This document shows, piece after piece, positions 50,009 through 60,077 of a stretch of DNA of 64,000 bases. Position 1 is the first letter of the stretch. Every line of letters starts with the position of its first letter. Source of the DNA: an uncultured Candidatus Rokubacteria bacterium (GTDB lineage: Bacteria; Methylomirabilota; Methylomirabilia; Rokubacteriales; CSP1-6). The position numbers and the translations under genes are program-made. The DNA lies in NCBI GenBank assembly GCA_963841755.1, contig CAWJDX010000010.1:73808-137807 (forward strand), read 5' to 3'. The notes below the pieces were generated by a model that ran no database searches, was not told the DNA's origin, and saw only the letters and a list, made by a program, of their open reading frames with translations.

Positions 50009-51928
50009 ATGGCGGTCGTGAGACTCGAGGTGACGCGGCGCGAGCCGGTCCTGGGCGGGGCGCCGTTCGGCGCGGGCGGCGCCTACGAGAAGGTCGAGGG
50101 CGTCCTCCACTTCGCGGTCGACCCGTCGGCGCGGGTGCACGAGCCGATCGCCGATCTCGGGCTGGCTCCCCGCAACGCGCGCGGACTGGTCGAGTCCTCG
50201 GCCGACTTCTCCCTGCTGCGCCCGACCGGCGGCGGGAGCTGCCGCCTGCTGCTGGACGTGCCCAATCGCGGGCGCAAGATCGCGCTCGGCATGTTCAACA
50301 GCGCGCCGCGCTCGAACGACCCCGCGACCCCCGCGGACTTCGGCAACGGCTTCCTGATGCGCCACGGCTACGCGGTGGCCTGGATCGGCTGGCAGCCGGA
50401 CGTGCCGCGGCGCGACGGCATGATGGCGCTCACGGTGCCGCGGGTGCCCGGCGTGTCCGAGCGGGTGCGCTGCGAGTTCCGCCCGAACGCCCGCGTCGGC
50501 GTGCTGCCGCTCGCCGATCGCTACCACATCCCGCACCCGGTCGCGCGCCTGGACGACCCGGAGGCGGAGCTGCACGTGCGCGAGCACGCCGAGGCTGCCG
50601 CGGTCCCGGTGCCGCGGGGCGCGTGGCGATTCCCCGACACGGGCTCGGTCGCGCTCGACGGCGGCTTCGAGCCCGGGCGGATCTACGAGTGCTACTACCG
50701 GGCCGAGAACCCGCCGGTGGTCGGTCTGGGCTTCACCGCGGTGCGCGACACCGCGGCCTTCCTGCGCTGGGGGAGCGCGGGGGAGGGGAACCCGTGCGCG
50801 GGACAGATCGACCGGTCCTACGTGTTCGGCGTCTCGCAGAGCGGGCGCTTCCTGCGGCACCTGCTCTACCTGGGGCTCGACGAGGACGAGGCGGGCCGAC
50901 CCGCATGGGACGCGGTGGTCCCGCACGTGGCGGGCGGGCGTCGCGGGGAGTTCAACTGCCGCTTCGGCCAGCCCTCGCTGAACGCGGTGCACGCGGTCGG
51001 CAGCCTGTTCCCGTTCACCGACGGCGAGCAGGACGATCCGGTCACCGGCCAGCGCGGGGCGCTGCTCCACCGGCTCGCGGCCCGCTCCCGCCCGCCGCGC
51101 ATCTTCACGATCAACACCGCCGCCGAGTACTGGCGCGGCGACGGCTCGCTCGTGCACACCGACGTGGCGGCCACACGCGACGTGACCCCGCCCGCGTGGG
51201 TCCGCCAGTACTTCTTCGCGGGCACCCAGCACACCCCCGGCGCGATCCCGCCGCCGCCCGCCGATCCGAACACGGGCGGGCGCGGGCGCCACACCTTCAG
51301 CGTGGTCGACTATTCTCCGCTCCTGCGCGCCGCGCTCGTCAACCTCGACCGCTGGGTGAGCGAGGGCGTCGAGCCGCCGCCGAGCGCCGTCCCGCGCCTG
51401 GCCGACGGCTCCGCGGTGGCCGCCGAGACGACGCGGCCGGTGTACGCCGCCATCCCCGGGATGCGCTTTCCCGATCGCGTGCAGCGGCCGGTGCGGCTCG
51501 ACTTCGGCCCGCGCGTCGAGCAGGGCGTCGTCGACCTGCCGCCCAAGATCGGCGCGCCCTACGTCACGGTGGTGTCCGCGGTGGACGCCGACGGCAACGA
51601 CCGGGCCGGCATCCGGCCGCCGGAGCTGCGGGTGCCGGTCGCCACGTTCACCGGCTGGAACCCGCGGCACCCGGATCAGGGCGCGCCCGGCGATCTCATG
51701 TCGATGATGGGCTCCACCCTGCCGTTCGCGCGCACCGCGACGGAGCGGGCGACGAGCGGAGACCCGCGACCCTCTCTCGAGGAGCGGTACGGCGCCCGCG
51801 AGCACTACCTGGACCGGGTCCGGAGCGACGCGCAGGCCATGGTCTCGGACCGGCACCTGCTGGCCGAGGACGTGGAGGCGGTGGTCGAGCGCGCCGGAGC
51901 GCTCTGGGACTTCGTCTGCCCGCGCTGA
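50009..51928 (+). CDS. Large (639 aa) conserved hypothetical protein with a probable alpha/beta-hydrolase-type domain
   Basis: Intact. FGVSQSGRFL looks like a nucleophile elbow. No signal peptide. Family assignment is tentative. Confidence 0.6.
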   Translation: MAVVRLEVTRREPVLGGAPFGAGGAYEKVEGVLHFAVDPSARVHEPIADLGLAPRNARGLVESSADFSLLRPTGGGSCRLLLDVPNRGRKIALGMFNSAPRSNDPATPADFGNGFLMRHGYAVAWIGWQPDVPRRDGMMALTVPRVPGVSERVRCEFRPNARVGVLPLADRYHIPHPVARLDDPEAELHVREHAEAAAVPVPRGAWRFPDTGSVALDGGFEPGRIYECYYRAENPPVVGLGFTAVRDTAAFLRWGSAGEGNPCAGQIDRSYVFGVSQSGRFLRHLLYLGLDEDEAGRPAWDAVVPHVAGGRRGEFNCRFGQPSLNAVHAVGSLFPFTDGEQDDPVTGQRGALLHRLAARSRPPRIFTINTAAEYWRGDGSLVHTDVAATRDVTPPAWVRQYFFAGTQHTPGAIPPPPADPNTGGRGRHTFSVVDYSPLLRAALVNLDRWVSEGVEPPPSAVPRLADGSAVAAETTRPVYAAIPGMRFPDRVQRPVRLDFGPRVEQGVVDLPPKIGAPYVTVVSAVDADGNDRAGIRPPELRVPVATFTGWNPRHPDQGAPGDLMSMMGSTLPFARTATERATSGDPRPSLEERYGAREHYLDRVRSDAQAMVSDRHLLAEDVEAVVERAGALWDFVCPR

Positions 51929-52920
51929 ACGACCCGCTGATCGAGTGCCACGCGCACGTCCTGCCCGACGCGGCGCTGGCCCGGTTTCCCGACGGCGGCG
52001 ACCCGCGCTACGTGACCGCGGAGCGGCGGGTGCTCGGGCGGATGCTGGAGGCGCAGGAGGCCGCCGGAGTCACCCACGCCCTGGTCTCCGACTCCTTCTT
52101 CATGGAGTCGGCCGCGGTCGCGCTGCCCGCCTGGAGCCCGTCCGATCGGGCGCGTCTCTACAACGACACGCTCGCGCCGCTGATCGCACGATACCCCGGC
52201 CGTCTCCTCGGGCTGGGCTGCGTGGATCCCTTCGCGGGCGACGCGGCGGCCCGCGAGCTGGAGCGCATGGTGGACGAGCTCGGCTTCCTGGGCGCCCTCG
52301 TGAACCCGACCGATGCCCCGACCGGCGGCCGCCGCTATCTCGATGATGAAGCGTGCGTCCCGCTCCTCGCCGCCGCGGCGGCCCGGGGCCGGCCGCTCTT
52401 CGTCCATCCGTCGCGGGAGCTGCCCGCCGGCGAGCACTTCGACGACTTCGTGCTCTCGCTGATCGTCGGGCGTCCGACCCAGACCGCGGTGTGCGCGGCG
52501 CGCCTGATCTTCACCGGCACGCTCGATCGGCATCCCCGCCTGCCGCTCCTGCTCGCGCACGGGGGCGGCGTGCTCCCCGCCATGGCCGGCCGGCTCGACG
52601 CGACCTGGCGCGCCTACCGCCCGGACCGATGGCAGGGCCCGGACGTGCTCTCGTCGCCCCCGTCCACGTATCTGCGCCGCTTCCACGTCGACACCAATGT
52701 GTGGTCGGTCCCCGCGCTGCGTCTCCTGCTGGACGTGCTCGGCCCCGAGCGCCTCCTGGTCGGCAACGATCAGCCGCCGGTGTGGTTCCCGCTCGGCGAA
52801 TCGCTCGCGCTGCTCGACCAGCTCGCGCTGTCCGCGGCCGATCGTGAGGCGATCCGCTGGGGCAACGCCGCGCACCTCTTCGGGATCGGCGCGCCGCGGA
52901 CCGCGGCCGCGCGGGCATGA
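51925..52920 (+). CDS. Amidohydrolase-2 family protein (PF04909-like); start codon uncertain (possible CTG overlapping the upstream TGA)
   Basis: …LIECHAHVLPD…FVHPS…LLAHGGG…VGNDQPP… in the frame of ORF 50623..52920. No ATG or GTG lies upstream of the HxH motif in frame. Confidence 0.75.
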   Translation: MNDPLIECHAHVLPDAALARFPDGGDPRYVTAERRVLGRMLEAQEAAGVTHALVSDSFFMESAAVALPAWSPSDRARLYNDTLAPLIARYPGRLLGLGCVDPFAGDAAARELERMVDELGFLGALVNPTDAPTGGRRYLDDEACVPLLAAAAARGRPLFVHPSRELPAGEHFDDFVLSLIVGRPTQTAVCAARLIFTGTLDRHPRLPLLLAHGGGVLPAMAGRLDATWRAYRPDRWQGPDVLSSPPSTYLRRFHVDTNVWSVPALRLLLDVLGPERLLVGNDQPPVWFPLGESLALLDQLALSAADREAIRWGNAAHLFGIGAPRTAAARA

Positions 52921-53654
52921 GCGGCCTGCCGCGACCGGTGGCCGATCTGTGCACGGCCCTCGGTAGTCAGCGCGGCGTCCTCGCGGTGGCGCTCGGCGGC
53001 TCCCGCGCCTCGGGGCGCGCGGACGCGGCGAGCGACTGGGATCTGGGTCTCTACTACCGGGGAGAGATCGATCTCACGGTGCTGGCCCGCCACGGCGAGG
53101 TGCATCCGCCCGGCTCATGGGGACGCCTCATGAACGGCGGGGCGTGGCTCACCGTCGACGGGCTGAAGGTCGACGTGATGCTGCGCGATCTCGACGTGGT
53201 CGGGCACTGGAGCGCGGAGGCGGAGCAAGGACGCTACGAGGTCGACGCGCTGCTGGGCTACGTGGCGGGCGCGCCGACGTACGGCTTGATGGCGGAGCTG
53301 GCGGTGAGCCGGGCTCTGGCGGGAACCCTGCCCGAGGTCTCCGCCTACCCCGCCGCGCTCGCCGAGGCCGGCGCGCGCCGCTGGCGCGTCCACGCCGAGT
53401 TCAGCCTGGAGCACGCGCGCATGCGAGCCGAGCGCGGGGACGTGACCGGCGCGGTGGGTCAAGCCGCCAAGGCGGTGCTCGAGACTGCGCACGCTCGCGC
53501 CTGTCGCGAGCGCGTCTGGGTGCTCAACGAGAAGACGCTCGTGGAGCGAGCGGGACTGGCCGCGCTGCACGAGCGGTTCACCCGCACCCCGGCGGGGCCG
53601 GCCGCGCTGGTCGAGTGGGTGGGCGGGCTCCGCCGCGCGCTGGACGTCGTCTAG
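52917..53654 (+). CDS. Nucleotidyltransferase-domain protein (pol-beta-fold NTase with helical C-terminal domain)
   Basis: Intact 245 aa with LGGSRASGRADAASDWDLGLYY (G-S…D-x-D NTase motif). ATGA overlap with the upstream stop. Confidence 0.7.
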   Translation: MSGLPRPVADLCTALGSQRGVLAVALGGSRASGRADAASDWDLGLYYRGEIDLTVLARHGEVHPPGSWGRLMNGGAWLTVDGLKVDVMLRDLDVVGHWSAEAEQGRYEVDALLGYVAGAPTYGLMAELAVSRALAGTLPEVSAYPAALAEAGARRWRVHAEFSLEHARMRAERGDVTGAVGQAAKAVLETAHARACRERVWVLNEKTLVERAGLAALHERFTRTPAGPAALVEWVGGLRRALDVV

Positions 53655-53662
53655 GGGCCCGC

Positions 53663-54688
53663 GTGTCGGCGATCTCGGTGGAGCACCTGAGCCGCTGGTG
53701 GGGCACGACCCGCGCGGTCGACGACGTGAGCTTCGAGGCGGCGGCGGGGCGGATGCTGGTGCTGCTCGGCCCGTCCGGCTGCGGCAAGTCCACCACGCTG
53801 CGGCTCATCGCGGGGCTCGAGGCGGCCACCGCGGGGCGCGTCGCCATCGGCGGCGTCGACGTCACCCACCGGCCGCCCGCCGAGCGGCGCGTGTCCATGG
53901 TCTTCCAGTCCTACGCGCTCTTCCCGCACCTCTCGGTCGCGGAGAACATCGTGTTCGGCCTCCGGGTGCGTCGCGTGAGCGCCGCCGAGCGCAGAGAGCG
54001 GCTCGCCCGCGTGGCCGACCTGCTGGGGCTGACCGCGCTGCTGGAGCGCCGGCCCTCGCAGCTCTCCGGCGGTCAGCAGCAGCGGGTGGCCCTCGGTCGC
54101 GCGCTGATCGCGGAGGCGCCGGTGTGCCTGATGGACGAGCCGCTCTCCAACCTGGACGCCCAGCTCCGGCTCGAGATGCGCCGGGAGATTCGCGGCCTCC
54201 AGCAGAGCCTCGGCATCACCATGGTCTACGTCACCCACGACCAGACCGAGGCGATGACCATGGCCGATCAGGTCATCCTGCTGCGCGAGGGCCGCGTGGA
54301 GCAGGACGCGCCGCCCGAGACGCTCTACGCGCGCCCGGCCACCGCCTTCGCGGCGCGCTTCATCGGCACCCCGCCCATGAACGTGCTCGCCCTCGACGAT
54401 CGGCGGCGGCTATTGGGAATACGGCCGGAGGACATCCGGGTCGTGGGAGCGAAGGAGCCCGGCGCGGTGGAGGCCCTGGTGCGGAGCATCGAGTATCTCG
54501 GCGCCGACTCCATCCTGATGTGCGCGATCGGCCGTCAGGCGCTCGCGGTGCGCGCCCCCGGCCGCGTCGCCCTCGCTCCCGGCGCGCCCGTGTCTCTCGC
54601 GTGGGCGCGGGACGCGGCCCACGTGTTCGACGCCGAGACCGGTCGCCGTCGCGACGACGTCGCGGTCGACTCACCCATCTCTCGATGA
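53663..54688 (+). CDS. ABC transporter ATP-binding protein (MalK/UgpC-like, sugar type)
   Basis: GTG start. Walker A GPSGCGKST, signature LSGGQQQRV, Walker B LMDEPLSNLD, and a C-terminal TOBE-like regulatory domain. Confidence 0.9.
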   Translation: MSAISVEHLSRWWGTTRAVDDVSFEAAAGRMLVLLGPSGCGKSTTLRLIAGLEAATAGRVAIGGVDVTHRPPAERRVSMVFQSYALFPHLSVAENIVFGLRVRRVSAAERRERLARVADLLGLTALLERRPSQLSGGQQQRVALGRALIAEAPVCLMDEPLSNLDAQLRLEMRREIRGLQQSLGITMVYVTHDQTEAMTMADQVILLREGRVEQDAPPETLYARPATAFAARFIGTPPMNVLALDDRRRLLGIRPEDIRVVGAKEPGAVEALVRSIEYLGADSILMCAIGRQALAVRAPGRVALAPGAPVSLAWARDAAHVFDAETGRRRDDVAVDSPISR

Positions 54689-54702
54689 CGAGGAGACCAT
54701 TC

Positions 54703-55992
54703 ATGATCAGGACACTGCTCGCAGCCCTGCTGCTCGTCGCCCTCACCGGCGGCGCCTCGCCGGTGATCGCCCAGGCCCCGGTGGAGCTCTCCTTCTATTA
54801 CCCGGTGGCGGTCGGAGGCCCGGTGACGAAGATCATCGACGGCCTCGCGGCGGACTTCCAGAAGGAGAACCCCGGCATCCACGTCAAGCCGATCTACGCC
54901 GGCACCTACCAGGAGACGATCGTCAAGGTGCTCACCGCGCTCAAGAGCGGCGAGCCGCCCCAGATGTCGGTGCTGCTCTCGACCGACATGTTCACCCTGA
55001 TCGACGAGGACGCGATCGTCCCCTTCGACGACCTCGCCACCGGCGCGGAGGACCGGAGCTGGCTCAAGAGCTTCTTCCCCGCCTTCATGCTCAACAGCCA
55101 GACCGGGGGCAAGACCTGGGGCGTGCCGTTCCAGCGCTCCACCATCGTGCTGTACTGGAACAAGGAGGCCTTCAAGGAGGCCGGCCTCGACCCGAACAAG
55201 CCGCCCGCCACCTGGGCCGAGCAGGTCGAGTACGCGCGCAAGCTCACCAAGCGCGACGGCAGCGGCAACGTCACCCAGTGGGGGATCGAGGTGCCGTCCT
55301 CCGGCTTCCCGTACTGGCTCTTCCAGGGCTTCACCACCCAGAACGACGTGCTCCTGATGAACCAGGCCGGCAACGAAACCTACTACGACAAGCCGGCGGT
55401 GGTGGAGGCGCTCCAGTACTGGATGGACCTGAGCGGAAAGCACAAGGTCATGCCCACCGGCATCATCGAATGGGGCACGACCCCGAAGGACTTCTTCGAG
55501 CGCAAGACCGCCATGATGTGGACCACCACCGGCAACCTGACCAACGTGAAGAACAACGCCAAGTTCGAGTTCGGGGTGGCCATGCTGCCGGCGGGCAAGC
55601 GGCGCGGCTCGCCGACCGGCGGCGGCAACTTCCACGTCTTCAAGAAGAGCACGCCGGCCCAGCAGGCCGCCTCGCTCAAGTTCATCAAGTGGATCACGTC
55701 GCCCCAGCGCGCCGCGCAGTGGGGCATCGACACCGGCTACGTCGCGGTGCGCCCGGACGCGTGGGAGACGCCGGCCATGAAGCAGTATGTCGCCGGCTTC
55801 CCGGCCGCCGCGGTGGCGCGCGATCAGCTGCAGTACGCGGTCGCGGAGCTGTCCACGCACGACAACCAGCGGGTGACCAAGGCGCTCAACGATGGGCTGC
55901 AGGCGGCGCTGACCGGGGCGAAGCCTGCCGACCAGGCGATGAAGGACGCGCAGCGGGAGGCGGAGCGCATCCTGCGGCCTTACCGTCGCTGA
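54703..55992 (+). CDS. ABC transporter substrate-binding protein, family 1 (sugar/glycerol-phosphate type)
   Basis: MIRTLLAALLLVALTGGASPVIAQA signal with AGGAGA upstream. An alternative ATG at 54685 overlaps the ATPase stop. Confidence 0.9.
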   Translation: MIRTLLAALLLVALTGGASPVIAQAPVELSFYYPVAVGGPVTKIIDGLAADFQKENPGIHVKPIYAGTYQETIVKVLTALKSGEPPQMSVLLSTDMFTLIDEDAIVPFDDLATGAEDRSWLKSFFPAFMLNSQTGGKTWGVPFQRSTIVLYWNKEAFKEAGLDPNKPPATWAEQVEYARKLTKRDGSGNVTQWGIEVPSSGFPYWLFQGFTTQNDVLLMNQAGNETYYDKPAVVEALQYWMDLSGKHKVMPTGIIEWGTTPKDFFERKTAMMWTTTGNLTNVKNNAKFEFGVAMLPAGKRRGSPTGGGNFHVFKKSTPAQQAASLKFIKWITSPQRAAQWGIDTGYVAVRPDAWETPAMKQYVAGFPAAAVARDQLQYAVAELSTHDNQRVTKALNDGLQAALTGAKPADQAMKDAQREAERILRPYRR

Positions 55993-56009
55993 TGATGCTT
56001 GGCCTGGGT

Positions 56010-56184
56010 GTGCGGCGGGCGGGGCCGGCGGCGGGGGGGCGGGGCTCCCGGGAACACGCTGACTCGCGGTGCCTTGCCTGCACTCATGACGGGCCACGAG
56101 ATGTTGGTCTGGCGCTTCGGCAACGCGCAGAAGACACGGTTCCCGGGAGCCCCGCCCCCCCGCCGCCGGCCCCGCCCGCCGCAC
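56010..56184. repeat. 175-bp element: perfect 46-bp GC-rich inverted repeat flanking an 83-nt lower-GC spacer (MITE-like or intercistronic super-hairpin)
   Basis: 56010-56055 (GTGCGGCGGGCGGGGCCGGCGGCGGGGGGGCGGGGCTCCCGGGAAC) is the exact reverse complement of 56139-56184. It lies between the SBP and permease genes of one operon. Confidence 0.9.
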
Positions 56185-56232
56185 TGGGGTTGGAATGAGC
56201 GACTCGAGCAGCATTGAGCGACCTAAGCCGCG

Positions 56233-57138
56233 ATGCTTCCCACTCAGGCTGGCTCCGCGACTCCGCGTCAGTGGCGGGTGCACGTGCAGGGGTGGCTGCT
56301 CTTGTTGCCGGCGGCGGTGCTGCTGGTGACGTTCACGCACTACCCGGTGGCGGCGACGCTGTATCACAGCTTCTTCTCGAACCCGAAGCCGAGGCGGGCG
56401 GCGGTGTGGGTGGGGGCGGATAACTACCGGGCGATGGTGGAGGATCCGGTGTTCTGGCAGGTGGTGGGGAACAACGTGTGGTTCGCGGTGGGGACGATTC
56501 CGGTGTCGATCGCGCTGGCGCTGCTGATGGCGATCTGGGTGAACGGGCGCATCAGGGGGCGCTCGCTGCTGCGGCTGGCCTTCTTCACCCCGACCGTGCT
56601 GCCGATGATCGCGGTGGCCAACATCTGGCTCTTCTTCTACACGCCGGGCTACGGCCTGCTCGAGCAGATCACCGGCCTCCTCGGTCTGCCGAGCCACAAC
56701 TGGCTCGGGAGTCGGGAGACCGCGCTCGGCTGCCTGGTGGTGGTGACGGTCTGGAAGGAGGCGGGCTTCTTCATGATCTTCTACCTGGCCGCGCTCCAGT
56801 CGCTCTCGCCCCAGCTGGGCGAGGCGGCGGCCCTGATGGGCGCCGGGCCCTGGTACTTCTTCCGCCGCGTGACGTTTCCGCTCCTGATGCCCACGACGCT
56901 CTTCGTGCTGGTGAACGCGGTGATCAACTCGTTCCGGCTGGTGGACCACATCGTGGTGATGACCAAGGGCGGCCCCGACAACACCACCGCGCTGCTGCTC
57001 TACTACATCTACGACGTGGGCTTCAAGTTCTGGGACCAGGCCTACGCGGCGGCCCTCACCCTGGTCCTGCTCGTGATCCTGGCCGCGGTGGCCCTGGGGC
57101 AGTTCCTGCTGCTGGACCGGCGGGTGCACTATCAATGA
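56233..57138 (+). CDS. ABC transporter permease (MalF/UgpA-like)
   Basis: Intact 301 aa with 6 TM-like segments and EAA-type loop …EAAALMGAGPWYFFRRVTFPLL…. Confidence 0.9.
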   Translation: MLPTQAGSATPRQWRVHVQGWLLLLPAAVLLVTFTHYPVAATLYHSFFSNPKPRRAAVWVGADNYRAMVEDPVFWQVVGNNVWFAVGTIPVSIALALLMAIWVNGRIRGRSLLRLAFFTPTVLPMIAVANIWLFFYTPGYGLLEQITGLLGLPSHNWLGSRETALGCLVVVTVWKEAGFFMIFYLAALQSLSPQLGEAAALMGAGPWYFFRRVTFPLLMPTTLFVLVNAVINSFRLVDHIVVMTKGGPDNTTALLLYYIYDVGFKFWDQAYAAALTLVLLVILAAVALGQFLLLDRRVHYQ

Positions 57139-57935
57139 CCCGCGCGCTCGAGACGGCGGGCGCCTGGCTGCTCGGGGTGCTCTGGGCGCTGCCGCTGGCC
57201 TACGCGGTGTGGACCGCCTTCCACCCGGCCGAGTTCTCGACGCGCTTCGTCCCGGGCGCGCCGCTCACCCTCGAGAACTTCGCGAAGGCGTGGGCGGCCG
57301 CGCCCTTCGCCCGCTACTTCGTCAACACCACGCTGCTGGTGGCCATGATCCTGGCCGTCCAGCTCGTGCTCTGCACGCTCGCGGCCTACGCCTTCGCGCG
57401 CTTCGCGTTCGCGGGGCGCGCGGTCGCGTTCCTGCTGGTGCTGGTGCAGCTCATGATCATGCCGGACGTGCTGATCGTGGAGAACTACCGGACCATGAGC
57501 CGGCTCGGCATCCTCGACACGCTCTGGGCCATCGGCCTGCCCTACATGGCCTCCGCGTTCGGCATCTTCCTCCTGCGCCAGACCTTCAAGACGGTGCCGA
57601 AGGAGCTGGACGAGGCGGCGCGGGTGGAAGGCGCGGGACCGCTCGAGACGCTCTGGCGCGTCTACGTGCCGCTGGCGCGGCCGGTCTACATCGCCTACGG
57701 GCTGGTCTCGGTGAGCTACCACTGGAACAACTTCCTGTGGCCGCTGATCGTCACGAACTCGGTGCAGTCGCGGCCGCTCACCGTGGGGCTACAGGTGTTC
57801 TCCTCGGTCGATCAGGGGGTGGACTGGTCGATCATCACCGCGGCGACCTTGATGACCTCGGGCCCGCTGCTGGTGGCGTTCCTGCTCTTCCAGCGCCAGT
57901 TCGTGCAGAGCTTCATGCGCGCCGGCATCCGCTGA
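57135..57935 (+). CDS. ABC transporter permease (MalG/UgpE-like)
   Basis: The ATG overlaps the upstream TGA. Contains …ELDEAARVEGAGPLETLWRVYVPLARP…. Confidence 0.9.
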   Translation: MTRALETAGAWLLGVLWALPLAYAVWTAFHPAEFSTRFVPGAPLTLENFAKAWAAAPFARYFVNTTLLVAMILAVQLVLCTLAAYAFARFAFAGRAVAFLLVLVQLMIMPDVLIVENYRTMSRLGILDTLWAIGLPYMASAFGIFLLRQTFKTVPKELDEAARVEGAGPLETLWRVYVPLARPVYIAYGLVSVSYHWNNFLWPLIVTNSVQSRPLTVGLQVFSSVDQGVDWSIITAATLMTSGPLLVAFLLFQRQFVQSFMRAGIR

Positions 57936-57951
57936 CCGCGGGCCGCGCCGC

Positions 57952-59977
57952 CTAGCGGTCGCGCTCGCCGCGCGCACCGCCCTTCTCGCCGCCACCCTTC
58001 TCGCCACCGCCGCGCTCGACCGCGCCCCGCTCCGGGTTGCCGCCGCGCGCCGGTCCCTCGGCGCGCCCGGGATGCTCCGCCGGCTGGCGCCGGGCCTTCG
58101 GCTCGGCGTGCCCCGTCGTGGCCGGCTGGCCCCCCGGGGCGCTCTGGACGCCGGGGGCGGGTGGCGCGGGCGGCACCGCCTGGCGCGACGGCGCCGCTTC
58201 TCGCGCGGCGCCTCCGGGCGGCGCGGGCTGGCCCGCGCCGCGCTCCGCCCCGCCGCGGCCTCGCTCGCGACGCGGGCCGTCCTCGGACGTGGCGCGTCCG
58301 GCCCCGCCGGCGGCGCGCGGCGCTCCGCTTCCGCCCGGCGCAGCCTGCGGCGTCACGGTGCGCGCGGGCGCGGGCACGATGCGCTGCTGCGGCTGCGGTG
58401 CGGTGGCGGGCGTCGCGGCGGCCAGGCCCTCGGCCCGCAGCTCCGGCGAGAAGTCCCGCGGCGCGCGCGTCGCCACGACCGCGCGTGCGCGCACCGCCTC
58501 CGGCGGCCGCGCCGCCGCCGGCCCCGCGCCGGCGGTGAGGCTCGCGGCGACCGGCCGCACCTCGAGCGCGCCGCGCACCGGGGCGAGCTGGCGCACCTCG
58601 GCGGCATCCGTCAGACGGGCGGCCCGGACGCCGGCTTGACCGAAGCGGCCGGCCGGCACGCCCACCACCGCGTTGGTCACGTTCACGTTGCGATAGACGG
58701 TGATGTTGGTGACGTTGACGGTGGCGGTGCGGGCGATCACCACGTTGTTGACCACGCGCGGCCCGCCCCAGCCTCCCCACCACGCCACGCCCACGAAGCG
58801 CGGGCCGCCCCACCAGCGGATCACCGGCTCGCCCCAGCCGAGGGGAGCCCAGTAGACCGGGCGGCCGACCACGACCGGGCCGCCGAGGAAGACCACGAGC
58901 GCGGGTGAGTAGACGCGGACGCACCAGCACCGGGCCGGGCGCCCACGCCCAGTACGGGCCGACGAAGACCCAGCGGCCGTGATGGTACGGCGCCCAGCCC
59001 CAGGGCGCGTCGTCGAGCCACGTCCAGCCGAAGCGCGGATCCCAGATCCAGTGCCCGGTCGTGTAGGGCGACCAGCCCGACGGCACGCCGGCCGGCACCC
59101 AGACGCTGCCGTAGCTCTCGACGCTCCGCCAGCTTCCGTGCTGGTCGAGCGCCTCGGCACCGTAGACGCCCGCGGGAACGTACTTGGCGCTCGCGGGCTG
59201 GATCAGGTAGTCGGTGCGCTGGTAGTTCCAGCGGTCCCACGAGCTGAGCGGCGCGGCGGCTCCCGTCTCCACGCGAGGCGACGCGCCGCCCGAGATCACC
59301 ACCTGCTGGTTCGCGGCCACCGGCGCGGCGGCGCCGCCCGACGGCGTCATGGTGGCGCTGCCGCCCCGATGCGTGCGGAACGTGGTCGTGTCCGCCGAGA
59401 CCTCCGCGTGGTAGTAGCCGGCGCGCTCCATCGTGAACGCGCCGCCGGGCGTGTCGAGCTCGACCGCGTGCCCCGGCTGGAGCTCGCGCAGGTCCACCGC
59501 GGCGTAGCCGGAGGTGACGCGGAGCTGCACGAAGTCCGGCTCCTGGTTGTCGAGGCCGATCTGGGCGCCGTAGGCGGCGCGCACGAATGCGCGCGGTCCC
59601 ACCTGGATCTCCACGTTGCCGGCCGGGCCCGCGTAGAGGACGTCGCCCGGGGCCAGCGGCGTGTTGAGCGCGGCGGCGGTCCAGTCCTGCGCTCCCGGCC
59701 GCCAGAGGGAGACGTCGCCGTGGAGGTAGCTGACGCGGGGCGGCGTGGCCTCCGCCGGCTCTTCCGCTTGACTCTCCGTCGGCGCCGCCGGGGCCGTCTG
59801 AGTCGCGGGCGCGGGGGGCGCGGCCGGGCTCGGGGGCGCGGCCGGTGCCGCGGGGGCGGGGGGTGCCGCCGGGGCCGGCGGCGGTGGTGCGGTGCTCCCC
59901 GCCCCGACGGGGGCGACGCCGACCAGGAGAATCGCGAAGACGAGCAATCCCGCGCAGATCCGTCGTGTCGTCGCCAT
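57952..59977 (-). CDS. Membrane-anchored Pro/Ala-rich protein with FecR-like and Trp-rich (DUF6600-like) regions, one apparent frameshift near 58905
   Basis: MATTRRICAGLLVFAILLVGVAPVGAG anchor, then a PA-rich linker, then …YLHGDVSLWRPGAQDW…GDVLYAGPAGNVEIQ…, then …GHWIWDPRFGWTWLDDAPWGWAPYHHGRWVFVGPYWAWAPGP…. It continues in ORF 57952..59160 (…PVYWAPLGWGEPVIRWWGGP…). Confidence 0.55.
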
Positions 59978-60077
59978 CGTATGATCATCGTAACAGATGG
60001 CGTCCGAGGGCCTCGGGAGGATATGCTTGGAATGATGTAAACGAAGTCGGATCGACGCTCGTCATAACGAGGCGACG

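Noticed and set aside
49568-51856. 762-aa ORF antisense to gene 50009..51928, and 866-aa ORF 54535..57135 antisense to the sugar ABC genes
   Set aside because: Arg/Gly/Pro/His-rich composition, no motifs, and complete overlap with well-supported sense genes.
57952-59240. Many overlapping Arg/Ala/Pro-rich ORFs on both strands (58037.., 58072.., 58161.., 58353.., 58821..)
   Set aside because: They are by-products of the extremely GC-rich Pro/Ala/Gly-rich tail of the FecR-like gene. Only the frame containing the W-rich and NVT-repeat segments looks protein-like.
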